Assembly (NCBI RefSeq): GCF_001447785.1
Contig: NW_015163625.1
Span: 61,311-125,310 of the forward strand
Direction: 5' to 3'
Length of the DNA: 64,000 nt
DNA from: Gekko japonicus
Lineage: Eukaryota
Shown piece after piece: positions 11,813-26,000 of the stretch. A model generated the notes under the pieces. The model did no database searches and was not told the DNA's origin. It saw only the letters and a program-made list of their open reading frames with translations. The translations under genes and the position numbers were made by a program. Numbering within the stretch: the first letter of the stretch is position 1; each line of letters begins with the position of its first letter.

Positions 11813-12226
11813 ATATAGAGAAAGGCATCCCAAATCCAGGTAAATGTAATACCACTCTAAATTGCGCTTTCATTCAATGTACTGGTTTAATTTTAGAGAT
11901 CAGCAATGAAATCAGAGTTTCAGTCACAAAATAATTTAAATGTGAATAAAATTAAACATGTTTTACTTCACACATTAAAAGCAAATGTAAGAGTTAAATT
12001 TGTTTAATTTTGATAGGACAAATTATCTGCATTAATGTATTGCTGATATATTGTTTTGATTGTTCATAATATTGAGGTGAATTTTGTCATGCACTAAAAC
12101 TTGATCTGACTAACGCAGGAATAATTTTATCAAAAAACAGAATTAGTACAAGGTATATTCCTAGAACTAAACTATGAACAAGAAGAAAACTACAATTACT
12201 TTTTAAAAACCTGTTCATGAACTTAC

Positions 12227-12342
12227 GCTGGTAGTATCTCTGCAGCCATGAATATTTTCTCCACTAACTCTGAAAGGATGCTCAGCAGATGTGTTAAATT
12301 AGTATTTACATCTTCATTTTTTTCTAACTTTGAAGGATTTAA
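12227..12342 (-). CDS. RASA1: RASA1 exon 19 (116 nt), GAP
   Basis: LNPSKLEKNEDVNTNLTHLLSILSELVEKIFMAAEILP; AG/GTAAGT. Confidence 0.96.
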
Positions 12343-12946
12343 CTGAAAAATATTATAAACATCAAGTTAAAATGAAGTTTAATGTTCAAATTATCATACT
12401 GCGGTTAATTAGAAAAGGCTTCTGAAAGTGAAGAAAACTCTTAAGAGTGACTGGCCCCAGGAATTACAGGCCTCTATTCTGACAACGTCAAAGGCTCTGG
12501 AATATGGTCTAGTAAGTCCACAATTTCTAGACATGCCTGTTAACAATTATGAAACACTTACTTCCCAATTTCAGTCCAATACATCTCTTAGTGGATTTTA
12601 GATTAAGCATATCCTGGTTTTATTATAACAATTTTAAAAGAACATTTCCAAAGCATATGTGCAACAGTGTGTGATTAAAACCTGATAAAAGACACAAACA
12701 TGAACATAACCACTCAGGTAAGAGCCACACTGGTGTAATGGCTCAGGTATTAGATCTGCATCCATGCAACTGACTGAGCAACTGTGACTCAGGTAATCTC
12801 TCTTAGCCTAACCTACTTATAGGACTACAGAGCAACTAAAGTGATGATCTGAATCCTTTAAAAGGGAGCACAGAGATATAATAAACCATTTTTTTTAATT
12901 TAACAAAATTACATTTTCCATGATAAATTAAGATATAGTTTCTCAC

Positions 12947-13089
12947 CTCACAAGACTGCTTGCTCTCCATTATTTTTAAAATGGAGTCCTTTAGAGCATG
13001 GAGAACAAACTGTGTGGCTGTAGCTTTCATATACTGCTCCATAAGCGTACTTGCCAGCGTGGTGGCACGGAATAAAGTTGTGGCTTCAT
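12947..13089 (-). CDS. RASA1: RASA1 exon 18 (143 nt), GAP arginine finger
   Basis: EATTLFRATTLASTLMEQYMKATATQFVLHALKDSILKIMESKQSCE; AG/GTGAG. Confidence 0.97.
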
Positions 13090-13254
13090 CTGAACAAAAA
13101 CATACACTCATAAACTGGCATGTAAATATTAATTTGCCATTATTTTAAATGTAAAGGTGGTTAATGGGGCCTTCCAGAAGAGAGTGTGTATGCATGTTTA
13201 TGAGTAGCCTGGAAAATTACATTTAACAATACAATGAAATTATTCATACTCTAC

Positions 13255-13414
13255 CTTCCATATTTATTTCCCTGTCATTTAGTGTTCGCAACAATAATGC
13301 TTGCAGATTTTCATGACTAAAAATCTTCAATAAAATGCCTGCCAGCAGTGTCCGATCTTGTCCACAAACGTGTGATAACGCGTAGACCACATGTAGCTCT
13401 TTTTGCAGTACCAA
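13255..13414 (-). CDS. RASA1: RASA1 exon 17 (160 nt), GAP domain
   Basis: LVLQKELHVVYALSHVCGQDRTLLAGILLKIFSHENLQALLLRTLNDREINME; AG/GTAG. Confidence 0.96.
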
Positions 13415-13718
13415 CTAAAAAGAGAGATAATAAAGCTGTGTTGACAATGATGTTGTACATACCCCAAGAATTCACTACAAAATGAGGATGCTATTGTTTT
13501 CCAAAAATATATATTTGCTTTAACAAACATCATGAACACAACTTGTTTGTCTTACAAATCCACCTTGAATACTTCCTGTGAAAGTAACACCACAATTGAT
13601 GGAAGCTTCACAAGAGAATGCCTGTCTTGGAAGACTAGAAGTCACCAGTCTTACTTGGTGATTTCTTTTAAGTATTAATATTTCAAACTACTGTAGTTAA
13701 AATGAAGATACTTAATAC

Positions 13719-13891
13719 CTCTTTAAATTCACTGTACTCTTCTTCAGGCATTATTTTTTCCATGGAATACCTTGCTCGGACACGCAAAGAGCCTGGTTCA
13801 ATACCTTTCAGAGGTACATGCGAACTGAGTTGAAACCATTCATCCGTTGCCTGTCCTCTCTGTAGTCTGCTTAACTGGCATCTCATAAATA
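13719..13891 (-). CDS. RASA1: RASA1 exon 16 (173 nt)
   Basis: FMRCQLSRLQRGQATDEWFQLSSHVPLKGIEPGSLRVRARYSMEKIMPEEEYSEFKE; AAG/GTATT. Confidence 0.97.
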
Positions 13892-16371
13892 CTTGAAACA
13901 GAATGGTGAAGAGATAAGATAATCTTCTCGCAAAATCACAACACAATTAAAGACTGCCATGGTACTTTTCTAGATTGCAGAATACTGCATTTGATTTCAT
14001 CATGACATAGGGCTAAACTACATATTATGTGGTAGAATAGTAATCAAATCTCCCAGTGTATTTTTAATGTCCAAAAGAAGCTGCAGGGTGGGGATGGAAT
14101 ATCAATTTGGATCAGAACTGCCACATTGGGGGGGAGGGGGTAGCCTTCTTTTCTGTGCCATTTTTGGAGACAGAAATCACTTCCCATGTGCTGCTGTTAG
14201 CCTCTGTTGGTGAAACAAGGAACCTGTGTTTTACCTACACCCCACACAGGGGGCTAACAGAAGGGGCTAGTTTCTATTAGTCCTGTCAGGGGGAAAGGGC
14301 AAAATTTCCCCAGAACTGACAGCAGATTTTTATTTGAGATAGAATTATACAAGGGAAAGTGTGATCCCTTCCTTCCTCCCTCAGCCTCCATCCAAATAAG
14401 GGCACCTTGCAGCTGTTTTTAAAAAACCAAGTGCAGTATAACACATCTCAAATGTCAACATAAATAAAGTGTAAGAAGAGTTGAAATTATCATGGATTAG
14501 AATATCAAGACTATTTTCTTGGAGTTGCTACACACATTCTAAATTAACAGACTTTAACATACATGTTTTATCAACATTATAGCATCCTGAACACATACTG
14601 ACTGGGGGTAGAGGGGCACATTGTTCAGATATTCGGGTGTCCAAAATATATCTAGCATGAAAATATAATAAAATACAATGGGTGGTCTGGTTATCACTAG
14701 GTGAATCCATATAATGAAACCCATTACTGAATCTACTTGTACACATGAGAAAATAGATGCAAAAGGTCCTGAGTAATTCCTATAAATATTTGATTATCAA
14801 TAATTGCTGCATTTCTGTGCACTGCATTTTTGAAAGATTTTTAACTTCCAAATGAGGCTTTACTGACTTTGCAGATAGAGTACATTTTATTCTAGGGCAA
14901 TAAGAATGAGTACATGGTCAACATGAAATGTGACCTTGAATACATGGTTCAGACAGGTGTGGTCATGACCCCAGTGTCAGAATTTTTTTAAAAAAACTGT
15001 CTGTTGATGTATAATGATTACATCATGTAAAACAGCTACAAAATTTCAGCAGTGTTCATTACTTGATGCAACCCACATGTTGATTCGGCATGGAATACCC
15101 ACCCCTCCTCCCCACATGACATGTAGTTCAGGGTTCATAGTTGGAACGAGCAATACAGTTAATGCATCCCTTTCTACCTACACACTATGCTAACAAGAAA
15201 GTTAAAATACATCTTAAATTCGGGGTATAAGTTAAGTGATTTGAAACAATGATGAATCTTAAACAAAACAAACATTATTTAATGAACACTTATTTAGCAA
15301 GATACATAGAGGAGAAGCATCATGAAACATACTGTGGAGGATATAAGCAATGTTAGGAGCCAATGCTAATTAGAGTTTGACAGTAGTTTAGTCTTTAGCA
15401 AGTAATTCCACTAACCCTTTTTCTCACAAGATAGAGAAAAAACAAAGGGAATGACCCAGAATGAAACAAAACTGAAATCTGAGAAAGAATAACTCATGAC
15501 ACACACAACTGAAGAAATCCAAGGGGAGCTTGATCCTTATCAGATCCCCTGTACTTTAATGATTAAAAACTTCACATTAAAATGGATGCAAGAAAGTAAC
15601 TGGATCAATCTTTCAAGAAATATATGCTTTAAATTTTATTTAAAAACACTTCTAACTAAATGCACAAATAAAACAAAGCAAAAAGAAAAAATATGAATTA
15701 CAGGTAAATCCAAGGGAATTCTGTGAAAGTCAGGAAAATCCAACTATATGAATTAGCTCCCAATCCAAGTAATTTGTTATATATTAGGACTGACAAATGC
15801 TGCAAAAAATGCAAGGCACAGGGAAAGGCTACCTCCAATAGACTTATAGCATCCCACTTAAAATTCTAAAGGGCCACCATGCGTGTCTGTGAACAATTAA
15901 AAAAAAAATTAACACAAAATATTGCTGTAACTCACGGGAGAAAAACAATAAAGAAACTGATTGCGTGCCCATGGAAAAGTCTCTAAGGTTGAGTGAGGCA
16001 CAGGCCAAAAGTTTTTTAGTGAAAGAGGAGCTCTTTCCAGTAATGCTCACAAGTAACAGTTGGCCACTATAATGAAGACGTCTAAGGTGAACCCAGCAAA
16101 ATGGAATGGGAATTATGGCTGTATATTGGGCTTCCTTAACACTAGAAACAGCATCATCACAACTCACACCCTTTGGAAAAGCAGAACAGACTGAGGCGAA
16201 GTTAGTTCATGGTTGCTGGAATAGGGGGTATTTGTTTGCACTGCCTGGAACAAGTAGCAACCACATCTACCTTTTATAAATGCAGTGTGTTTGTGGTAAA
16301 AAAGGGAAATAAATAAGACTCTTGATTACTACAAGGAACACTATATATGCAGAAGACCGATGTAGTCACTT

Positions 16372-16746
16372 TAGGATGCCAGGCACCTGCTGGGGGTGAG
16401 GATTCCCTGCTCTGGGGCCCCACTCAGCTGGCTGGCAGGGGCTTACTGGCAGCAAAAGGAGGCCTAGACTTGTGTTGCCAGCAACATGGCTATGTTATTT
16501 CCATTGCTCATCATATTGCCAGCAACACTCTAGTATTTGGGCAATAACTCTATGGTAAAAATGACTTCTACCATACAGTTTTTGCCCAAATACTGGCGCA
16601 CTCCTGTGTTGTTGGTGATGTGATGACATCACTTGCAGTGCATGCCAGAAGTGACGTCACTGGCAATGCTGGCCTAGGCTTCTCTTCTGCACTGGTGAGC
16701 CCCATTCCACCCCTTGCTGGTTGCCAGGGGGCACATGACAACCCTA
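16372..16746. mobile_element. hAT-like MITE (TAGGGTTGCCA type)
   Basis: TAGGATGCCAGG ... TGACAACCCTA; TSD AGTCACTT / AGTCACAT. Confidence 0.75.
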
Positions 16747-16940
16747 AGTCACATTAATATGAAAACTGGTTTTTAAAAAGTTTAATATGAGTGAATAAGG
16801 TACTTGAAAAAGATTAAAATGTCCATTTAACTTTTGTAAGTATTTTTCCCCTTATGACTCAACCAAAAATGAAATATGCAAAGAGGGAATACTACTATTT
16901 TTGTAATACGTTGCTTTCAAACAAGTACACACACACTTAC

Positions 16941-17017
16941 ATATATCTGGATCTTTACTCTTCTTTGTTTTGTTACTAAGACTTATTTCAAATCTGTTGA
17001 TATCACATGAGAGATCA
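16941..17017 (-). CDS. RASA1: RASA1 exon 15 (77 nt), C2
   Basis: DLSCDINRFEISLSNKTKKSKDPDI; AG/GTAAGT. Confidence 0.96.
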
Positions 17018-17221
17018 CTATAAAAAAAGAAAATGATTAGTTATACTATACTCCTAAGACATTCAAGTACAATATAAGATTGCTATTTTTTAAATTTAAC
17101 CGTATCAACTCGAGTCAATTACTATTAAATTGGCTGAATTTTTGAGTTAAGGCAACAGAAACTGAAAATACCAGTTCACCAATTTTTGAATGCAACAATT
17201 AAAATACTACATAAAACTTAC

Positions 17222-17379
17222 TCAAAGACAAACTCCTCTGACCACACCGGGTTCTGTCCTTCTCGTACATGTGTTTTTGCTACCTGTACACTATTCAGGT
17301 AGATATTACAGTAAGGATTAGTAAAATGTTTTGCTGGAAGTGTATGGGCTTCTTCAACATGCAATATAAGGCTGCTGAC
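17222..17379 (-). CDS. RASA1: RASA1 exon 14 (158 nt), C2
   Basis: VSSLILHVEEAHTLPAKHFTNPYCNIYLNSVQVAKTHVREGQNPVWSEEFVF; AG/GTAAGT. Confidence 0.97.
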
Positions 17380-19474
17380 CTAGAGAAAGGATACAAAACA
17401 TACTTTGTTTTATACAGTGAGACTTCTCTTCTGCTCCCAGTCTGAACAGAACTAGTTTTATAGGCAAGTGCGGTATTTATATAAACAACCAATACAGAAG
17501 GGCATTTAACTTCTTTTACAACCAATTCCCTTACTACTTACTACAGAAAAGGTAAATAGCATCTTGTTTAATTGTTAATGATGCCAAAACAAAACACAGA
17601 ATACTTATTTACAACAGACGGTATTTTGGTGGTCATCACAGCAATCACACACATAAGTCAGCATCTATAGAACAAACCCCAGAAAATTTCTAGAAGCGTG
17701 CAGAAACAGACCAAGAAAAGGGAAGGGAAGCAAGAGTGCCTTTTCTTGGCCTAGAACTCTAAAATGTTGCCAGGGTTTGCTCTGTATGGGTGCAGACCCA
17801 CTTTTGAGAAAGAAAACTGTCAATCAGATTTAATTGTAAAATTGAAGCTGACTTTCCATTTCCTTGCAGAACATAACCTGTACATTCAATGTAGGCAAGA
17901 TATTAGTAATATCAAATCTAGAACAAGCATCACCTATAAAACTGGGGGGTGGTTTACAGAGCCTGAATTCAGGTTCTTCTATCGGGTAATAAGCAGCACA
18001 TAATATAAATATCTAACACCTTCTTATTTATTTTCTTAATTTATTCCCCCCTTTCTCCCCAATGGGGAGAACTGGGCAACTATTATTAGTCAACCATCTT
18101 TCAAGAATTTTTGTATTTTGATTCTTGTGCCAAGGGGGGAGAAACATTGTACATATCTAGTCATAACTCAAACTAGAAGTATCATTGGAAAGGGTAAGAC
18201 ATTTCAGAAAGCTACCATATGGAATGACAGTCCTTCCAGCAGAAAACAAGGCTAATGCCCTATTTCTGCTGAACATTTCAAAGGAAAATACTTGTATATT
18301 AACTGTAGTCAAATCTAATAATTCTACCATCAATGAAGTCCCCAGGTTGCAAGTTTAGCAAAACATTTCACATCACAACAAATTTAAATAGTTCTGCCCG
18401 TCAGCTTCACAGTATGAAAGATAAAATACATTTACTTCAGGATTTGGAACTCATTTCCTTTCAATTTCATTCTTGGAAATTAGATATGAACGTCAGGAGT
18501 ATTTCAGTGCCTAGTGTCTTTTAAAAACTGATTCCAGTCTGAGGAGAGATCTCTCAACATCTGACCCACTGGAGACTGACAAGTAGAGGGCAGCTTTTTC
18601 CTGAATGCTTATATTCCATGGCCTAATTCTTAGTGAGGTGGGAGCCTGTGTTAAAGCTGAATTTTTTCACACTGTAGGCAGGAGTTAATACTAAAAAATC
18701 TCTCTACATAAAAAATTAAATGTTGGGGATGTCCTTTGCTTTCTCTCTAGCATCCACTTTTCCTATGTAGAGGGATTTTTTAAAATATGGACCAGCAATC
18801 AGACTAAACTGGTACAGACACAAGTTTGTCACCACAGTCCAAATGAGACCTGCTTTGAAACCATCTGTGCACATAAATGGCTCAGATAATTACTTTGAAT
18901 CATTCAGTGAAAAAGCAGAGCACTGTATTTAACCTAGGGATGAGCAGATTTCTCCAGCGGCATCCCAATTAAGATTAGTTCTGTTTCTAATCCAGGGGTT
19001 TTGCTGCAATGATCTTCTGTAAACTTCAATGGAACTTCAAGGAGCAGACCCTAAGGATTAAAGACAGAATGACTCTCCACATTTCCCTGGTGCCTGTGAC
19101 GATTATAACCCCAGGGGAGAGACAGCTCCCCCTCCCCCCAAGTCCCACATTTATTTCTGCAATCTTAATAATCATGGCTCCTAGGGAATACGTAGCCATA
19201 TGTTCTCTAAATTACCCCTTTGTATGCCAAAAAACAAAGAAGGTTTTTCAACATGGAAATGGGGTTTTGAAGAGGTTACTATTCTTGCTGATGCTTCTAA
19301 TTTACAACATCTAGGTGTGCTTTCTGTGGGATCTTAGGGTTACAGATATGATCATGGGACCTCAGCTTCCCCCCACACACACACACACCCATGTCCACAG
19401 TCTAAATAGATGCCACTGACACATCCAAAAGTGGGAACAGACTAAGACTACATTGTGAAATCAAGGATTATTTA

Positions 19475-19690
19475 GTACAGCACAGTGTAATAATATAATC
19501 TAGGAGGCCTGAGTTCAAGTACCCACTCAACCATGAAGCCTGCTGTGTTGACTGAGCCAGTCACCATCTTTTTGCCTAATCTACCTCATAGAATTGCTGT
19601 GAAGAAAAAGAAGAAAAACCATGTATGCAACCATGAAATTCCTTAGAAGGAAGAGCAGGGTTAAAATGGATGGGTAGATAGAAATAAACT
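19475..19690 (+). mobile_element. old tRNA-derived SINE (Squam3/MIR-like)
   Basis: GAGTTCAAGTACCCACTCAACCATGAAGC...GCCTAATCTACCTCATAG...TTGCTGTGAAGA. Confidence 0.6.
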
Positions 19691-20324
19691 CTAACAGTAT
19701 TTCAAAATCATCCCTAATTTGAACCATGATGAAGTTGCACTGAAGGAATTGTCACACTAACCATTAACGGAATGCTATATTTACCCAGTAATTTCTTATT
19801 CACTAGTACTGAGTTTTCTGGAGCCATAATAATAATTATTATTAGTAGTACAGCACCTTCAGTTTCCTGTTTCTTATACACCAATTCTATATACTGTACC
19901 TCCACTAAAATATGTCTGGGATTCTGGCATACATATTTAATGATAGTCCAACAGTGATGATAGCGCAGCATCATAAGCACTTACTGCAAAACTCATCTCA
20001 GGACTCAATCTTTAGCCAAAATCTGACTCATGTAGTTATGGAATATTTGTGGGAACATTAAGATGAAAGAGCATTGTAATGACACATCTGCAGAAAGTAA
20101 CAGAACTGTTAAGTGCACCTGATATCAGATCACATGCTATTCCTTTGATATTTTGAATTATGTGACAAATTCTGATATTCAGAAAAAGAAAAGTTTCTAA
20201 GGCTCAAGCTGGAAGAGAAAATATACTACAAGCAATACTTTGAGGCAAGCTTCATGAAGTACCACATTATCTCAGTCAACATGAAAATAAAAATATCACC
20301 AGTTTGGAGAGATTGCGTAACTAC

Positions 20325-20402
20325 CTGACGAAGACGTTTGTTAGATGTCCCTGGACTAGTTTTTCGTAAATTGCAGAATGTCTGCAAAGCTTTCATCCAG
20401 TC
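20325..20402 (-). CDS. RASA1: RASA1 exon 13 (78 nt)
   Basis: DWMKALQTFCNLRKTSPGTSNKRLRQ; AG/GTAG. Confidence 0.96.
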
Positions 20403-21045
20403 CTAAAAACATAACACAACCACTTGTGAATGGAATCTCCTCCATAACTTGCAATTTATTTAAAATTTAACTTTTTAACTATTTCAAGCTTATTTTACTT
20501 TGTCTTAAGTTTTTTCATTAACCAGTTTCCTTTACACAAGCACATATCATTTTTAATCAGAAGAATCTGGAAAGGATAGGGGAGAAATAAAATTTAAAAT
20601 ATTGTGAAGTGATTCCATGACTATTATTGTCCTTAATACTTCATATACTACTAAATATATACTACTAAAAAATTGCAATGAGCATTACCAGTTTACCATT
20701 CTAAGCACACATAATGAAGATCTGCATGTTGTTTCATATGAAACCAACAGATATGAATAGCATTCAGATAATTTATATGCATCTAGAAAACATGAAAACT
20801 TGTTCCAAGCAAAAGCTACTTCCCAAAATGTTGGCCTTGGTTTTCCTATTAGTTAAATTTGTGTGGTATCTCCATATATAAATTAATAGAAGTTACACCA
20901 TTAGACCAGATCTTCTTACACTGTATCAACTCTCTGGAATAACCACTTTATACTAGTTCCATAGTTTCAAATTATTAAAATCATGCACAATCTATAACCA
21001 TGCTCTTTCAGTGGAACACAGTATTTTATTAAACATCCTCATTAT

Positions 21046-21861
21046 GGCTGTGATCAGAGGTGCAGTTTAATCCATTGTCGTTGCTATTCCCTTAAGGATT
21101 TAAAATGCACAATCAGACAGCAACACCTGTCTGTCATGCCCCAGTTGCCTGTGTCCCATTCGCCCCTTCCTTTACTATGTGTTTATTTGACACCTGTGAA
21201 AGTCCAGTCCTTTTGGGCTGAGCTGGTTTCCAACCAGATTTCCTGTTGTCTGATCACTCTGTTGCACACCCAAGCTGTCAGGCAGGTCTGACTAGTCTCT
21301 CGTTTTTCAGCCGCCATTTTTTTTAACTAGTATTTTTTTTTTAATTAACTAGTTAGCAAAGTGCGCTCAACTACATATTCGCACCTCTCTCTCTCTCTCT
21401 CCCCCTCTCCCACAGGGGCTGCTCTAAACTTTGTTTTCTTCATAAAAACTTTCAAATAAAAACTCCCTGTACTTCAGCTTTTTCCTGTGCTTTGGGGAAG
21501 GGGAAAATTGAAAAGTTTAGAGAGGGAGACTATATGTCCCAGCAGGCTGATCAGCGCTTCTGCGCATGCCCACAGGACAAACTTTTTTTAAAATTGGCTG
21601 ACAGCCCCATGAACTACATATCCCAGGAGGCATAGCAGTGCTTGTGGGCATACTCAAGGGAGAAACTATTTTTAAAAATGGCCGATGGCAACACTCCTTG
21701 GCTGCCGGGTCTGATATGCATCTGATCACTCAAAAACGGGGTAAAAGCACTTTGAAGAGTGCTTAAAAGGGTGAGTCTGATCAGTATTCTCTGTTGCAAA
21801 ATATTCTGGATCAATTAGAGGCAGGACAACAGTGGATTAAAATGCACGTCTGACCGCACAC
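21046..21861. mobile_element. PIF/Harbinger-like MITE
   Basis: ~34-bp imperfect TIRs GGCTGTGATCAGAGGTGCAGTTTAATCCA / TGGATTAAAATGCACGTCTGACCGCACAC; 3-bp TSD TAT. Confidence 0.75.
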
Positions 21862-22679
21862 TATGAATAATTTGTGTACACTGAGAAAGTCTACAATATC
21901 TGGTATTTGTCACCAGTGTTTGATACAAATACTGTAACCCTCAAGAATAGCTGTGCCTTTAATGTCTGCATGTATTGTGGACCTGCTCCAGATGCAAATG
22001 CTTTGTCAGGTGTCTGGACATTTATGATTCATGACTTTTAAAAAGAGATGATGCTATGCAGAAGCATCATCAGTCAACTAACCCGACCAGATGACAATGA
22101 CCAAGGTTATCTCGGGGTATCCAGTATACATTTTCTTAGTTAAGTCTATAAGGTACATAGAGTTACATTTGAAGCATTGATTACAGGTGAATCCATTTGG
22201 CACAGTTCAGATATTAATATATAACTATGGCGTTAACTGTGGTTAGTTTGTGAAACCAGGATTCCACTCAAAGATCATCAATTCAAGTCTGGTTTCAGCA
22301 TATCAGCTCAAAAGCCCTGCTTGCTATCCCAGCCTGCCTTGCAACTCCAGCACGAGAGTCAGGCTTTCCTGAAGATAATGCTGTGAAGACAGGGAAGTCA
22401 AAACCTGTCAGTCCAGAAAGCACCATCACTTAACTTCTTAGCCATTTAGATTAACCCTCTACTTACACCAAACTGTAATACTTTCATCCCCACCCCCCAA
22501 TTTCAATTCCCTGAAGTTCCCCAATGGTCCTCGGGAACAGCCAGGTCCGACAGCCTTTTCAGAAGGAAAAGATGATCAGCATTTGGCACATTATTTCAGA
22601 GAGGCTGATCCATAATGAGGGGAGAGGCAGCTATTCAAAAAGTCCAGTCTCTCACAGAGACGAACTGATCAGGGAGATT

Positions 22680-22905
22680 CTGAGGCTAACCTAAGCCCAC
22701 ACATACCTGTATTCTAGGAGAAGGGGCCCCACAGATACAGTGGTCCAAAGTCATAAAGCACTTTGAAATAAACCCAGAAATCAAGACTGGAAGTGCAGCT
22801 ACTTCAGAATTGGCCTTGAAAGCTCACATCTATATGCTCCTATAAGCAGATGATCAGCAGCATTTTGCACCAGTTTCCCAAACTGTCTTCAAAGGCAGCT
22901 TTGTG
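22680..22905 (-). mobile_element. old L2-like fragment
   Basis: GCAGCATTTTGCACCAG..AAACTGTCTTCAAAGGCAG resembles other L2 3' remnants in the window. Confidence 0.45.
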
Positions 22906-22934
22906 ATCTTAACAGTGGTAGCAGAGAGTCTTAC

Positions 22935-23022
22935 CTGTACTTGTTCTGGAGTTTCTCCTGCAAAGTAAAAGATGTAATGCTCTTCACTAAAGTGCTGAAC
23001 TACAATCTGAAAACAGTTTGAC
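22935..23022 (-). CDS. RASA1: RASA1 exon 12 (88 nt), PH
   Basis: SNCFQIVVQHFSEEHYIFYFAGETPEQVQ; AG/GTAAG. Confidence 0.97.
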
Positions 23023-23098
23023 CTATTTCAAGCAAAAAAGAAAGAACGATATTAGCAAATGGCAATAGCACCTAAAATTTTTACAGCTTTAATGAAAT

Positions 23099-26000
23099 AG
23101 AAAAACAGGTTGCTTACCTGTAACTGATGATCTTCGAGTGGTCATGGGTTGGGCGCCTGCGCACGACCTCGACCGGAGAAACTTCTAGAGCTTTGCCTCA
23201 GAAAGCTTTTGGCGGGCTCTCTTCCCACCCTGGGGAGCAGGCACGTACTGCACATGCCTGGAGCAGGGGAGAGAGCCACCTCCCACTCAGTTCCTTCGAC
23301 CACTACTGGTAAGTCCCATCAAGCCAAAGAAAGCTGAATAGGAGATGCCAGAAGTCGGGAAGGCTGGGTGGGATTGTGGTACCGCACAGATGACTACTCG
23401 AAGATCATCAGTTACAGGTAAGCAACCTGTTTATCTTCGTCGTGGTCTCTGTGCAGTCGCACACATGGGTGATTACAAGAGCTGAACCAGTTGGAGGAGG
23501 GAGCTGGCAGCTGCAAGGGACACAAAGAATACTGGTTAAGTCACAGCATCATCAGCGGGAAGAAACACCCACGGGTCCTACCTGGAGACGTAGCAGGGTC
23601 AAGCGAAGAGAGATCGCAGCACTGACTGGCCCAATGCAGCATCCCATCGAGCTCAAACGTCGAGTGCGTAGTGGGTCATGAAGGTCAATGCCGAGGACAC
23701 GTAGCAGCCGCACAGACATCCTCCAATGGGACACCAGCCAGGAAAGCAGTGGATATCGAAACCGCCCATGTAGAATGGGCAGTGACAGAGTTAGGAACGG
23801 GTTGATGGGCAAGCTCATAGCAAAGGGCTATGGTGGAAGTCACCCACTTAGACAAGCGTTGAAGGAGATAGGGTCCCCGACTGAAGGGGCCCATAGGCGA
23901 GGAACAGCCGAGGAGATTTACGTATAGGCTGAGTCCTATGTAAATAGAAGGAGAGTGCTCTGCGAACATCGAGGCAGTGGAGGGCTCTCTGAGGTGCATC
24001 AGTCGGATTGGGAAAGAATGAAGGTAAGACAGACGACTGGGACAGATGAAAGACAGAAACGACTTTAGGCAGGAAAGCAGGATCTGGTCTAAGGACAACC
24101 TTCTTCTTATGGAAAATTGTATAGGGGGGATCAGCCCGAAAGGCAGCTAGTTCCCCTACTCTGCGTGCAGTAGTAATCGCTATAAGGAAGGCAGTTTTCC
24201 TGGAGAGTAACCTGAACTCAGCCGTGGCCATGGACTCGAACAGCTTAGACATCAGTTAAGTGAGAACAAGAGAGAGACTCCACAAAGGCACCAAAGGCTT
24301 CCTAGGGGGACAGAGGTGGAGGAGAAGGAACGACTTGGTAAGGCGGTGGGAAAAAATGTGGATCCCTGTATCAAGGGATGGTAGGCCGAGATGGCTGCTA
24401 AGTGAACCTTTAAAGACAAGTATGCCAGGCCAGTATCCTTTAACGAGATGAGATACGAAAAAATCTGATGGAGAGACGACTGGAGAGGATCAAAGGACTG
24501 ATCGGAGGCATACGACTGGAACCTCTTCCACTTCAGAGCGTAAGTGGCACGGGTAGATGGCTTCCTGGCATTCAGAAGGACTTCAGACACTTCAGGCGGG
24601 AAGTTTAATGCAGGATCTTCCAGGCTGTTAATTGGAAGAAACCGGGATTGGGGTGGAGGACCTTTCCTCGAGCCTGAGAGAGGAGATCTGGGACGACAGG
24701 GAAAGGACGGAATGTCTGGTTGGAAAGCCGAAGGAGGTGAGGAAACCAGACTTGGCGCAGCCACCATGGGGTGACTAGGATGCAGGACGTCGCATCGGCC
24801 ATAATCTTTTGAACGACCCGGGAGATCAAGGGGAACGGACGGAAGAAATAAAACAGGGTTCCCATCCAGGTGTGAAGAAAGACATCTCCCAGGGACCGAG
24901 CGGATGGTGGACCGCGGCTGAAAAAGAGGCAACACCGGGCATTGTGTGCAGTTGCAAAGCCGTCTATGACAGGGCGACTGAACTCGAGGAAGACAGTTTT
25001 CAGGTATCGAAGGTGGATGGACCATTCGTTGCCCGAAAACTGGGAGCGACTCAACCAATCGGCATCTATGTTTTGAGCGCCCAGGATGTGGATCGCAGAG
25101 AGTGTGATGGAGTGGTGGATGCACCATTGCCAGCGATTGATAGCTGCCTGGCAAAGACGAAGGGAGGCTGTCCCGCCCTGTTTGTTTATGTAGTAAACGG
25201 TGGTGGTGTTGTCGGAGGCAACCCGAACGACCGGGCCTCGAAGGACAGGGAGAAACGAGCGGAGACCTAACTGAACGGCACGCAGCTCCAGGATATTGAT
25301 GTGAAGGGCAGCATTGCGAGAAGACCAGGTCCCTTGTGCCGAAAGGATTCCACACTGGGCTTCCCAGCCCCAGAGGGATGCGTTGGTGGAGATCAACACT
25401 CGTGGAGGAGGATGCCGAAAGGGCATGCCAGAGAGCAGGCGCTGAGGATGAGACCACCAAGCGAGAGAGTCGACGACAGGGTGTGGGATCGACAGGATTT
25501 TGTGCCGACAGCAAAACGCAGGAACTTTCGATGCTGTGGACGGATAGTGACATGAAAATAGGCGTCCAGGAGATCGACAGAGGCGAGCCATGCCACCCGG
25601 GGAATCAGTGGGAGGATAGATTGCAGGGTGACCATTCGGAACTTGTGGCATCGAATGTATCGATTGAGATCCCGGAGATCCATAATGGCCCTGAAGCCGC
25701 CATCCCTCTTCAGTATGAGGAAATATTTTGAATAAAAGCCTAGGGTTCGTTGCGCTTCCCGGATGACCTTGATGGCGCCTTTGGCTAGAAGCATGGGAAT
25801 TTTGGAATCGAGGAGAGGATCCAGGGGGGTGATGACATAATGAGGTAGGTCGGGAGGCGAAACAAACTCTATGGCATACCCGACCCGTAAGATGGTAAGG
25901 ACCCAGATATCGGTTGAAATGTCTTCCCACTTTCGTAGAAAGGGGAAGAGTCGGGTCCGGACAGGAGAGGTGTAAGATGGAGGAGATGGCAGGCAATCGA

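Noticed and set aside
24252-25553. 433-aa ORF overlapping DIRS C RNase H/MT as a separate novel gene
   Set aside because: It is the overlapping N-terminal frame of the DIRS YR ORF (ends with LNARKPSTRATY..KWKRF); overlapping ORFs are normal for DIRS1.
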